From assembly GCA_963677435.1 (NCBI GenBank), contig OY781945.1:1280001-1344000 (forward strand): a stretch of 64,000 nucleotides of DNA. The letters run 5' to 3'. A program made the position numbers and the translations under genes. This stretch comes from an uncultured Aliarcobacter sp. (GTDB lineage Bacteria > Campylobacterota > Campylobacteria > Campylobacterales > Arcobacteraceae). Numbering within the stretch: the stretch's first letter is position 1; each line of letters starts with the position of its first letter. A model generated the notes under the pieces. That model saw only the letters and a list, made by a program, of their open reading frames with translations, was not told the DNA's origin and searched no databases. This document shows, piece after piece, positions 9,904 through 19,362 of this stretch.

Positions 9904-9921
9904 TTTCGTACAAATGTTCGA
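9904..9921. promoter_or_regulatory. Putative operator, copy 4 (TTTCGTACAAATGTTCGA)
   Basis: Identical to 556-573; about 48 bp upstream of the MCP start. Confidence 0.7.
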
Positions 9922-9968
9922 ATTGTAAAAATAACTTTTTATTATTCATTCATAATCGGAGAAAATAA

Positions 9969-12170
9969 ATGAAAAATCTAACAATAAAAACTAAACTGAT
10001 TTGTACTTTCTTAATAGTGGGAATATTAGTTTTGATATTAGGCAGTTATAGTATTCTTAGTATTACAAAAGTAGCAAATGGATTTACTCAATATAGAGAA
10101 ATGACCCAAAATACAGTTTTAGCTGGACAAGTACAATCAAATATGCTAACAGTTAGTATAAATGTAAAAGATTATTTAGCAAAACCAAGTGAAGAACAAA
10201 GTGATAAATTTACTCAAAATATGAATAAAGTAATAAAAAGTCTTGAACAAGCAAAAATAGAAATTCAAGAACCAACAAGAGCACTTTTAGTAAAAGAATT
10301 AGAAAAAAATGCAACTGTATATAAAAATAATTTCTTTTTAATTGGCTCAATGAATCAAGAAAGAAATGATATTATAAATCAAAACTTAGAGCAAAATGCC
10401 CAAAGAATAGAAAAATATTTGACTGATATTTTAACTGATTTAAAAGATAATTCAGATTTTCAAACATCTCTTAAAACAGCTGAAGCTATAAATCAATTAC
10501 TTTTAGCAAGGTTGTACACTACAAAATATCTTGATTCTTATTCTGTTGAAGATTTAAAAGAGGTTCAAAGTAATTTTGAGTTATTAAGTAAACAATTATC
10601 TCAAATACAAAATAGTATTGAAGATTCTTCTATTAAGTCTCAAATAAAATTAGCAACAAGATTTATTATGATTTATCAAAATGGTGTTAAACAAATTGAA
10701 AATATTATTACAGAAAGAAATAATGTAATAGATGAGGGAATAACAAACATAGAATCAATAATGTCAAAATTAGCTGAAGATATAAAACTTTCTATTAAAA
10801 AAGATCAAGAAAAAATTGGTCAAGAAGTTTTCACATTAAATGAAAATATTCGTAATCTAACTATATTTATTTCATTATCTATTTTGGTGTTTATAATATT
10901 TATAGGATTTATTATTCCTCGAAATATCTCTAAATTGATTGATACTTTTCAATCTGGACTTATGAATTTCTTTAAATATTTGAATAAAGAATCAACTATT
11001 TCAGAACTAATTCCAATTGATTCAAAAGATGAAATAGGTAGTATGTCAAAAATTGTAAATGAAAATATATTAAAAACAAAATCATTAATTGAACAAGATA
11101 GTTTTTTAATTGAAGATGTAAAAAGAGTTGCAATTCTTGTAAAAGAGGGAAAAATAAAACAAAAAGTTGATAAATCTACTGATAATGTTGGATTAGAAGA
11201 ACTTAAAATGATTTTTAATGAAATGTTAGATGCAATGGCTAAAAATGTTGCAGAAGATTTAAATAGTATAACTACAGCACTTACATATTATCAAAAACTT
11301 GATTTCACATATAGAATAAAAAATCAAACAGGAAAAACAGTAGATGGATTAAATTCATTAGCAGAAATAATAAATAGTATGCTTTTAGATAATAAATCTA
11401 ATGGATTAGCACTGGATATAAGTAGTGATATTTTACTTAAAAATGTAGATATATTAAATAAAAATGCAAGTTATTCAGCAAGGGCTCTTGAAGAAACAAC
11501 TCAGGCTCTTGAAGAGATGACAAATAATATTAAAAACAATACAAATAATGTAATAAAAATGGCATCTTATGCAAAAGAATTAAATTATTCAGCAAATGAT
11601 GGTCAAAAACTATCAAATGAAACAACAATTGCAATGAATGATATTAATGAGCAAGTTACGGCAATTAATGATGCGATTTCAGTTATCGATCAAATTGCAT
11701 TTCAAACTAATATTCTTTCATTAAATGCAGCCGTAGAAGCAGCAACTGCTGGTGAAGCAGGGCGAGGATTTGCAGTTGTTGCAGCAGAAGTGAGAAATTT
11801 AGCTTCAAGAAGTGCAGAAGCAGCAAAAGAAATAAAAACTTTAGTAGAAAATGCAACACAAAAAGCTGATATTGGTAAAACTATTGCTCAAAAAATGATA
11901 AATGGATACTCAGGATTAAATGATAATATATCAAAAACTATTCAATTAATTTCAGACATAGAAAGCACAAGTAAAGAGCAACTATCTAGTATTGAACAGA
12001 TAAATGACTCAGTTACGATTCTTGAACAACAAACACAAGAGAATACTTCTATCTCTAATAAAACACACGAAATTGCAATTGCAACTGATTCAATAGCAAA
12101 ATTAATAGTTGCAAATGCAAATGAAAAGGAATTTATAGGTAAAAATAGTGTAAAAGCAAAAGAGATATAA
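9969..12170 (+). CDS. Methyl-accepting chemotaxis protein with a helical periplasmic sensor
   Basis: Two TM helices; [34 protein letters not shown] signalling hairpin. Confidence 0.96.
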   Translation: MKNLTIKTKLICTFLIVGILVLILGSYSILSITKVANGFTQYREMTQNTVLAGQVQSNMLTVSINVKDYLAKPSEEQSDKFTQNMNKVIKSLEQAKIEIQEPTRALLVKELEKNATVYKNNFFLIGSMNQERNDIINQNLEQNAQRIEKYLTDILTDLKDNSDFQTSLKTAEAINQLLLARLYTTKYLDSYSVEDLKEVQSNFELLSKQLSQIQNSIEDSSIKSQIKLATRFIMIYQNGVKQIENIITERNNVIDEGITNIESIMSKLAEDIKLSIKKDQEKIGQEVFTLNENIRNLTIFISLSILVFIIFIGFIIPRNISKLIDTFQSGLMNFFKYLNKESTISELIPIDSKDEIGSMSKIVNENILKTKSLIEQDSFLIEDVKRVAILVKEGKIKQKVDKSTDNVGLEELKMIFNEMLDAMAKNVAEDLNSITTALTYYQKLDFTYRIKNQTGKTVDGLNSLAEIINSMLLDNKSNGLALDISSDILLKNVDILNKNASYSARALEETTQALEEMTNNIKNNTNNVIKMASYAKELNYSANDGQKLSNETTIAMNDINEQVTAINDAISVIDQIAFQTNILSLNAAVEAATAGEAGRGFAVVAAEVRNLASRSAEAAKEIKTLVENATQKADIGKTIAQKMINGYSGLNDNISKTIQLISDIESTSKEQLSSIEQINDSVTILEQQTQENTSISNKTHEIAIATDSIAKLIVANANEKEFIGKNSVKAKEI

Positions 12171-12178
12171 AACCAAAT

Positions 12179-12205
12179 TTAGCACTCTTATATAAAAAGT
12201 GCTAA
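12179..12205. promoter_or_regulatory. CIRCE element (HrcA operator) upstream of htpG
   Basis: TTAGCACTC-N9-AAGTGCTAA versus consensus TTAGCACTC-N9-GAGTGCTAA (1 mismatch, exact spacer). Confidence 0.8.
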
Positions 12206-12287
12206 TTTTAATAAAAACTTTAGCTTACTTTTATAAAGTTGCGATAAAATTCTCTTCTAAAATTAAACAAATTATAGGAGAAATGAC

Positions 12288-14198
12288 ATGGCAAAACATC
12301 AATTTCAAACAGAAGTAGGACAATTATTACATTTAATGACACACTCTTTATATTCAAATAAAGAGATTTTTATAAGAGAGCTTGTATCAAATTCAAGTGA
12401 TGCAATAGATAAATTAAATTATTTAAGATTAACAGATGATAATCTAAAAGAAGCATTTGCAGATTGGAAAGGTGAGATTAATATCTCTTTTGATGAAACT
12501 GATAAATCTTTAACAATTTCAGATAACGGTATTGGTATGAACGAAGCTGATTTAATAGCTTCAATTGGAACAATCGCAAAATCAGGTACAAAATCATTTG
12601 TTGAAGCCTTAACTGGTGATGCAAAAAAAGATTCAAACTTAATCGGTCAATTTGGAGTTGGTTTTTACTCAGTATTTATGGTAGCAGATAAAGTAGATGT
12701 TATCTCTAAAAAAGCTGGTGAAGAAACTGCATATAAATGGACAAGTGATGGAACAGGAGAGTTTGATTTATCACCTGCAATAAAAGAGTCAAATGGAACT
12801 GTTATTTATATCAAGTTAAAAGATGAAGAAGTATCTGAGTTTGCATCTAAATATAGAATTAAAAATATTGTTGGAAAATACTCAAACCACATTGCATACC
12901 CAATTTTCTTAAATTATAGTGAAGAAGTAACTGAAACTTTAAGTGAAGAAGATAAAAAATCTGGAAAAGAACCAGCTAAAACTCTTGAGAAAAAACATGA
13001 AAAAATTAATGAAGCAACAGCTTTATGGATGCAACCAAAATCTAAGCTAAAAGAAGATGATTATAATCAATTTTATAAATCAATTTCTCATGACTCATCT
13101 GAGCCAATGCTTACAATTCACACAAAAACTGAGGGTGTAAACGAATATACAACACTATTCTATATCCCAAAAACTGCACCTATGGATATGTATAGAGCAG
13201 ATTTCCAAAGTGGTGTTAAACTTTATGTTAAAAGAGTATTTATAACAGATGATGAAAAAGAGTTATTACCAACTTACTTAAGATTTGTAAGAGGTATTAT
13301 TGATTCAGAAGATTTACCTTTAAATGTATCTAGAGAGATTTTACAAGAAAATAGAATCCTTGCAAATATCAAACAAGGAAGTGTTAAAAAAATCCTTTCT
13401 GAAATCAAAAAACTTTCAAAAGATGAAGAAAAATATGCTGAATTTATCGCTCAATATATTAGACCACTAAAAGAGGGTGTTTACCAAGATTACACAAATA
13501 AAGAGTTAATCTTGGACTTATTAAGATACAAATCAACAAAAGCAGAAGATGGAAAATTAACTTCATTAGAAAGCTATAAAGAAAGAGCTGACACTGAACA
13601 AAAAGCTATTTATTATATCGTTGGTGAAAATGAAAAAGTATTAAGAAGTTCACCATTATTAGAGTCTTATAACAAAAATAACATCGAAGTTTTAATCTTA
13701 GATGATAAAGAAATTGACGAAATCATCACTCCAACTATGGGTGCATATAAAGAGTGGGAATTCAAAGACATCACAGCTTGTGAGCCTCCAAAAGTTGAAC
13801 AAACAGAAGAAGCAAAAAAAGAAGTTGAAGAAAAATTTGAATCAATTACAAAAAAAATCAAAGACAAATTAGGTGATGCTGTAAAAGATGTAAAAGTAAC
13901 AAACAGATTAAGCGAATCTCCATCTTGTGTAGTAAAAGATGTTGCAGACGCACAAATGGCTCAAATGATGCAAATGATGAGAGCAATGGGACAAGCAATG
14001 CCTGAATCAGCACCAATTTTAGAAATCAATCCAGAGCATGAAATCGTAAAAAAATTAAACGGTTGCCCTGATGAATCAACAATCGAAGATGTATCTTGGA
14101 TTTTATTAGACCAAGCGAAATTATCTGAGGGTATGGAAATTACAGATACTGTAGCTTTCGCGAAAAGATTATCAAGAATCACAGCAAAAGCTTTATAA
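12288..14198 (+). CDS. htpG: Chaperone HtpG (Hsp90)
   Basis: YSNKEIFIRELVSN, DNGIGM, IGQFGVGFYS and DLPLNVSRE motifs. Confidence 0.99.
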   Translation: MAKHQFQTEVGQLLHLMTHSLYSNKEIFIRELVSNSSDAIDKLNYLRLTDDNLKEAFADWKGEINISFDETDKSLTISDNGIGMNEADLIASIGTIAKSGTKSFVEALTGDAKKDSNLIGQFGVGFYSVFMVADKVDVISKKAGEETAYKWTSDGTGEFDLSPAIKESNGTVIYIKLKDEEVSEFASKYRIKNIVGKYSNHIAYPIFLNYSEEVTETLSEEDKKSGKEPAKTLEKKHEKINEATALWMQPKSKLKEDDYNQFYKSISHDSSEPMLTIHTKTEGVNEYTTLFYIPKTAPMDMYRADFQSGVKLYVKRVFITDDEKELLPTYLRFVRGIIDSEDLPLNVSREILQENRILANIKQGSVKKILSEIKKLSKDEEKYAEFIAQYIRPLKEGVYQDYTNKELILDLLRYKSTKAEDGKLTSLESYKERADTEQKAIYYIVGENEKVLRSSPLLESYNKNNIEVLILDDKEIDEIITPTMGAYKEWEFKDITACEPPKVEQTEEAKKEVEEKFESITKKIKDKLGDAVKDVKVTNRLSESPSCVVKDVADAQMAQMMQMMRAMGQAMPESAPILEINPEHEIVKKLNGCPDESTIEDVSWILLDQAKLSEGMEITDTVAFAKRLSRITAKAL

Positions 14199-14201
14199 AA
14201 T

Positions 14202-14323
14202 AAAAGAACTATTTGCACGCATCTTCTGCGTTGCAAATAGTTTTTTTCTCAATCACATACTTTACGTACGCTCAATCAAAAAAAACTCTTTGCTCCTTGA
14301 ATCTACATACAACTAGCTCTTTT
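14202..14323. repeat. Structured intergenic element (MITE/REP-like) that includes the htpG terminator
   Basis: Imperfect terminal inverted repeats AAAAGAACTATTTG / CAACTAGCTCTTTT and nested stems; first half forms a hairpin followed by T7. Confidence 0.5.
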
Positions 14324-14398
14324 AAATTTTTATCAAAAAGCTATTTTTAAAAGTTTAAATTAGATAAAATCAAAAATAATATTAATTGAAAGGTTAAG

Positions 14399-15259
14399 AT
14401 GAATAATAATTCTAATACTTTAAATAGATTTGAAAAGAAAATAAATTCTCTTTCTATGAATAAAGATAATTTGAAACAACTATGTAAAGTATTACAAGAA
14501 AGAGCTGATAGTGCTGCAGAATTAGAGGTTAATAATTATAAAAAAACTGAGAATATTGATGATGAACAATTTGAAAAAAATAAAGAATTAATTAAAAAAC
14601 TTTTTAAGTTTAGTATTCAAATAACAGGTAAGAATGATATTATGGTATCTGGAACAATTGATGATATTTTTAATTCAGTAAATTTTCCAGAGGAAGTTAA
14701 ATATTTATTTATAAATACTGAAACTAAATTTAATATAGAAAAATATTTTCCAAGAAATCAGTTTAATTTATTTTTAGATTTTACTAAACCTGAAGTTTTT
14801 GATTTAAGATTTATGCCTAGTCATGAAACACCAAATGAATCAAAATTTGAAGTAAAAGGTTATGATTCAACTTGGGTTAATGGTGTATTTAATGAGATTG
14901 ATAATATTTTTAAAGATAAGAAATCAAAAGGTACAATTTTTCATAAAAATAATATTTATGATGCTTTATTATTTTTTATTGGTTTTCCTTTTTGTTTTTG
15001 GATTTCTTATAAAAGCTCAAAATATATTGATAATTTCTCAAATAATATTTTTATAATTAATGCATTGTATTTATATGTTTTTACTATTTCACTTACTTTT
15101 TTCAGATTAATATTTCATTATATTCGATGGGTGAGTCCTCTAGTAGAATATAAAAGTGAAACCAATGATATGATAAAACATAGAGTTATGGCTTATGGGT
15201 TATTTATTTCTATTTTTAGTACTTTAGTATATGATTTATTAAAATATATAGTTATTTAG
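14399..15259 (+). CDS. Hypothetical protein with about 3 C-terminal TM helices
   Basis: 286-aa ORF with AAGG RBS; very AT-rich; no recognised motif. Confidence 0.75.
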   Translation: MNNNSNTLNRFEKKINSLSMNKDNLKQLCKVLQERADSAAELEVNNYKKTENIDDEQFEKNKELIKKLFKFSIQITGKNDIMVSGTIDDIFNSVNFPEEVKYLFINTETKFNIEKYFPRNQFNLFLDFTKPEVFDLRFMPSHETPNESKFEVKGYDSTWVNGVFNEIDNIFKDKKSKGTIFHKNNIYDALLFFIGFPFCFWISYKSSKYIDNFSNNIFIINALYLYVFTISLTFFRLIFHYIRWVSPLVEYKSETNDMIKHRVMAYGLFISIFSTLVYDLLKYIVI

Positions 15260-15272
15260 AGAAGGAAGAAAT

Positions 15273-15752
15273 ATGCCACTAAAAATAAGAGAAGCAATAC
15301 CAGAAGATTCACAAACTATTTTTGATTTCATTATGGAACTTGCGATTTATGAAAAACTACCAAATGCTGTTAAAACTACTGTTGAAGAGATAAAAGAGTC
15401 TATCTTTGCTTCGAACTCTACTGTTAAAGCTTTGATTTGTGAAGAAGATGGAACGGCTATTGGTTATGCTGTTTATTTTTACAACTATTCAACTTGGCTT
15501 GGGAAAAATGGTATTTATCTTGAGGATTTATATGTAAATGAATCAAAAAGAGGAAGAGGTGCTGGAAAAGCTATGATTAAGTATCTTGCAAAAAAAGCAA
15601 TAAATGAAAACTGTGGAAGATTTGAGTGGGCTTGTCTTGATTGGAATACTCCATCACGAGAGTTTTATGAAAGTCTTGGTGCTGTTGCTTTAAATGAATG
15701 GGTTGGGTATCGACTTGAGGGCGATGCTTTGGCTGATTTTGCAAATAAATAA
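15273..15752 (+). CDS. GNAT N-acetyltransferase (SSAT-like)
   Basis: ELAIYEK, YSTWLGKNGIYLEDLYV and RGRGAGK motifs. Confidence 0.93.
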   Translation: MPLKIREAIPEDSQTIFDFIMELAIYEKLPNAVKTTVEEIKESIFASNSTVKALICEEDGTAIGYAVYFYNYSTWLGKNGIYLEDLYVNESKRGRGAGKAMIKYLAKKAINENCGRFEWACLDWNTPSREFYESLGAVALNEWVGYRLEGDALADFANK

Positions 15753-15852
15753 TAAAATTTAATTTTTTTTACACAATTTATAACTAATATCCTTGAAATA
15801 AAGAGATTATTTTGATAAAGTACATTTCTTAAAATAAACTAAAAGGAATAAA

Positions 15853-16434
15853 ATGGGTCTGTTTCTAGATACTTTAGCATCAGTTTTTAAATCAATCAAA
15901 AAATTATCAAGACCTTATTTTAGTCTGGAAGAAAATGATTTAAAATTCAAAATTGACACAGACACTTTTTATAAATTTCCTATTAAAAATGTAGAGACAA
16001 AAACTAGATACGATTCGTATGTTTTGGAAGCTTATACTCTAAAAGCAGATAATCTACATATTGAATATATTCATACAGAAGATGATATTTCATGGAATGG
16101 TCAAGCCTTATCTTTTTTTAAAGATTTATTAAAAGATAATATAAAAGCAAGAACAATGGAGTTATTAGAACAAATTGAGTTTTCACATTATGAATTTTTA
16201 GTTTATAAAATAAATGATTATTTCATTTTGAATATTATTTATATTTATGAAATAGATAAAGAGATTTTTATTATTGATACAAAAGGTGAGCTTTATGAAA
16301 ATTTATTGAAAAATTTTGATAAAACTTATGAATATAAATTTGAGAAAAAACCTATAGATTTTGAGAGTTTAAATCTTAGTTTAGTAAAAAATAACGCAAT
16401 GAAAAGTTATTTTACTTTACAAAGTGGGGATTAA
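15853..16434 (+). CDS. Hypothetical protein
   Basis: 193-aa ORF with AAGGA RBS. Confidence 0.75.
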   Translation: MGLFLDTLASVFKSIKKLSRPYFSLEENDLKFKIDTDTFYKFPIKNVETKTRYDSYVLEAYTLKADNLHIEYIHTEDDISWNGQALSFFKDLLKDNIKARTMELLEQIEFSHYEFLVYKINDYFILNIIYIYEIDKEIFIIDTKGELYENLLKNFDKTYEYKFEKKPIDFESLNLSLVKNNAMKSYFTLQSGD

Positions 16435-16443
16435 GATAAAATC

Positions 16444-17253
16444 TTATTTCCCAAACACTTGTTTTAATATTGAACTTGTTTGTTCAACTGGGTTTGTTCT
16501 AATAGCTGCTTCTTTTTGAGCTATCATTGCGAATAATCCCTCAATCGCTTTATTTGTAACAAAATCATCTAAATTTTCATCAGAATTTCCAGGCATATAA
16601 GAATCAACACCTAAACTTTTTGCCATTCCCATAACTCCACTATTGTCAACTAATCCTTTTGCATTTGATTTATACAAGTTATTAACTGCATCATAATAAG
16701 TTGCTACTTTGTTCTCTTTCATTGTTTCTTGAATAATAGGCGTTATTGATTTTTTCAAAGATTCTGTTGTATTAGTTTTAAAATAATTTGTTGCAGCATC
16801 ATTTCCACCTGATAAGATTTTTTGAGCATCTGTAAGTGTCATTTTATCAATTGCACCCATGAAAATTTCAGCTGTTTTTGGAGCTGCTTTTGTTGCTGCT
16901 GTGTTCATTGAATTTATTAAATCATCTGCCATCTTGCCACCACCTGCTGATCTTATAACTTTTTCTACATTTGATAGATTATTTGGAAGAGGAATTTTAG
17001 CTGTTGCATTATTTAGATATCCATTATTTGCACCTAATTGTTCAACTGCAAAAGTAACACCTGTTTTTAAGGCTTCTTTTAATCCACTTGAAACTGTAGA
17101 ATCTGAAAGATTAGTTTTTGTTGCTGTTGTTGAAGTTGTTGAATTCTCTTTTGAAACTGAATCTACTACACTTTTTGTAATACTTCCTAAATCAAAAGCA
17201 AAAGTTAGTGTAGAACTTAAAAGTAATGTTGAAACGATAATAGATTTTTTCAT
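16444..17253 (-). CDS. DUF4197 family exported protein
   Basis: Signal peptide; GLKEAL..G...AV..LG..NGY...KIPLP and GLF.MIA.KE..IR.NP; ATG at 17253 follows AGGA. Confidence 0.85.
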   Translation of the reverse strand: MKKSIIVSTLLLSSTLTFAFDLGSITKSVVDSVSKENSTTSTTATKTNLSDSTVSSGLKEALKTGVTFAVEQLGANNGYLNNATAKIPLPNNLSNVEKVIRSAGGGKMADDLINSMNTAATKAAPKTAEIFMGAIDKMTLTDAQKILSGGNDAATNYFKTNTTESLKKSITPIIQETMKENKVATYYDAVNNLYKSNAKGLVDNSGVMGMAKSLGVDSYMPGNSDENLDDFVTNKAIEGLFAMIAQKEAAIRTNPVEQTSSILKQVFGK

Positions 17254-17333
17254 GATTTTTCCTAATATTTTGTATTTTATAGATTTCATTATATAATAGC
17301 TAATATGTAATGATTGTGAAAAAAGGATAGAAA

Positions 17334-17774
17334 ATCGAACTAATTAACGAAATTGCTAATTTTATTTATGGTTTTAAAAATAAAATAGTTGAAGCCCCAG
17401 TAATTGCCAATGAATATGAAGAAAAAATCTCTTCATTTGCAAAAGAGTTGAAAAATTTAGAATTTGACAAAGAGTTTGAAGAAAATTTTTTAGTAATTTT
17501 AGGATATTCATATAGACTTGAAGATATTAAACAAAGACTATTTTTTACCTTCTCAGAAGCTGTTTATGCTATTGATTTAGATAAATTGATGAGGAATGAA
17601 GACTCTTTAAAATTAAACTCAATAGTTTATATTTTAGTTTTAGATTCAATCATAAAAGAGTATAAAACAAAAGAGATAAATATTGAACAAAAACAAAAAG
17701 CAGTAGATGTTTACAAAAAAATTGAAGAGCGAAAAGCAGCAGAAAATAAAAAATATCATATGTATCAATATTGA
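17334..17774 (+). CDS. Hypothetical protein, probable ATC start (track calls TTG at 17448)
   Basis: Frame is open from 17331; AAGGA lies 6 nt before ATC at 17334. Confidence 0.65.
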   Translation: MELINEIANFIYGFKNKIVEAPVIANEYEEKISSFAKELKNLEFDKEFEENFLVILGYSYRLEDIKQRLFFTFSEAVYAIDLDKLMRNEDSLKLNSIVYILVLDSIIKEYKTKEINIEQKQKAVDVYKKIEERKAAENKKYHMYQY

Positions 17775-17784
17775 TATAATAGAA

Positions 17785-17801
17785 ACTCACTTTTAACTCA
17801 C
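17785..17801 (+). promoter_or_regulatory. OmpR-type direct repeat ACTCAC-N5-ACTCAC
   Basis: 11-bp periodic repeat upstream of the kinase; same motif at 20056-20072. Confidence 0.65.
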
Positions 17802-17840
17802 TCAAATTTGTTAGAGTAATTTTAAAATACGGAGTCTTTT

Positions 17841-19361
17841 TTGTTTTCAGAAAGAAATATACCAAAACTTATTATTCTAACACCTATAATAACAGTAATA
17901 CTAGTAGCCTTTTTTACAATATACTTTTTTGTTCAAAATCAAAATAATTATTTTGAAGAAGAGAGTATTCGTGTAGAAAAAGAGTATTTACAAAGACAAG
18001 AGAATATTCTTAAAAAAGAGGTTGACTATATAGTAAATTATATAGAATACCATGTAAATCATAATACAAAATTAACTCAAGATGAACTACAAAATGAGAT
18101 TCTAAGATATACAGAAACTATAAGATATGGTAAACATGGATATATTTGGATACATGATACAAACTACTATTTAAAAGCACATCCTTTTAGACAAGAGAGT
18201 CTTAATACTTATGATATAGACTTAAAAGACGCAATGGGAACTTTAATTACAAAACAATTTATTGATGAATCTGTAAAGAAACCAGATGGTGTATTTATTG
18301 AGTATTATTGGCAAAAGCCTCAAGAGTTACATTTCTCAAAAAAACTTGGATTTTTTAGACTTTATAAAAAATATAATTGGGTAATTGGTGCAGGACTTTA
18401 TATTGATGATATTCAAAAATCAATTTATGAAAATAAAAAGTTATTAGAAGAGCGAATAGATAAATATATTAGACTAGTTGTTTTTATATCTTCTTTAGTC
18501 ATCTTATTTATTGGAATAATGTCCTTTTTTATGTCGAAAAAAATTACTGAAGTTTTTGCAAAGTATCAAGATAATGTTAGGAAAAAAGAGCTTTTACTTG
18601 AAGATATAAATAAAAACTTAGAGTTAAAAGTACAAACAGCAATTGAAGAAGTTCAAAGAAAAGATAAAGCAATGCTTCATCAATCAAGACTTGCAAGAAT
18701 GGGTACTATGTTATCAATGATAGCTCATCAATGGAGACAACCATTAAGTGAAGTTGCTGGAATTTTGATGGAATTAGAAACAGCCACAAAATTTAAAAAA
18801 GTAGATGATAATATGATTTTAGATTCTGTAAAAGAATCAAATAAATTAATTCAATTTATGTCATATACAATAGATGATTTTAGAAACTTTTTTAAACCCG
18901 ATAAACAAAAGGTATATTTTTATATTGAAGACTCTTGTTATGAAGCAATATCTTTAATTAGTGCTTCAATTAAAAACTATAATATAACTTTACATAGAAA
19001 AATAAAGTGTAACTGCGAAATTTATGGATATAAAAGAGAATTCGCTCAAGTGTTATTAAATCTAATGTCAAATGCAAAAGATGCTTTAATTCAAAGAAAT
19101 ATAGAAAATCCAAGAATTGAATTAGAAGTTGATTATGAAAATGGTTACTCAATAGTTATCGTAAGAGATAACGCAGGTGGAGTTGAAAAAGAGTATATGG
19201 ATTTGATATTTGAACCATATTTTACAACAAAAGAAAGTCTAAAAGGTACAGGACTTGGACTTTATATGTCAAAAATGATTATAGAAAAAAATATGGGTGG
19301 AGAGTTAAGTGTTGAAAACACAAGTGATGGCGCAATGTTTAAAGTAAAAATCAAGGCTTAA
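17841..19361 (+). CDS. Sensor histidine kinase with Cache domain
   Basis: Two TMs; GYIWI...HP...D.KD Cache motifs; IAHQWRQPL H-box; DNAGG and GTGLGLY. Confidence 0.95.
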   Translation: MFSERNIPKLIILTPIITVILVAFFTIYFFVQNQNNYFEEESIRVEKEYLQRQENILKKEVDYIVNYIEYHVNHNTKLTQDELQNEILRYTETIRYGKHGYIWIHDTNYYLKAHPFRQESLNTYDIDLKDAMGTLITKQFIDESVKKPDGVFIEYYWQKPQELHFSKKLGFFRLYKKYNWVIGAGLYIDDIQKSIYENKKLLEERIDKYIRLVVFISSLVILFIGIMSFFMSKKITEVFAKYQDNVRKKELLLEDINKNLELKVQTAIEEVQRKDKAMLHQSRLARMGTMLSMIAHQWRQPLSEVAGILMELETATKFKKVDDNMILDSVKESNKLIQFMSYTIDDFRNFFKPDKQKVYFYIEDSCYEAISLISASIKNYNITLHRKIKCNCEIYGYKREFAQVLLNLMSNAKDALIQRNIENPRIELEVDYENGYSIVIVRDNAGGVEKEYMDLIFEPYFTTKESLKGTGLGLYMSKMIIEKNMGGELSVENTSDGAMFKVKIKA

Positions 19362-19362
19362 G

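Noticed and set aside
559..9920. CGAAC-N4-GTTCG read as a Gram-positive-type LexA (SOS) box
   Set aside because: The sequence match is real, but all copies precede catabolic, transport or chemotaxis genes around one IclR and none precedes a repair gene in this window. Kept only as an alternative to test.
16859..17296. Short antisense or alternate-frame ORFs in the track (this one, and e.g. 2209, 4879, 5251, 13667, 13961, 21547, 39333, 49438, 52794, 62205)
   Set aside because: They shadow confidently identified genes and show no recognisable motifs
17336..17349. CGAACTAATTAACG as a fifth operator copy
   Set aside because: The right half-site is poor and it falls in probable coding sequence
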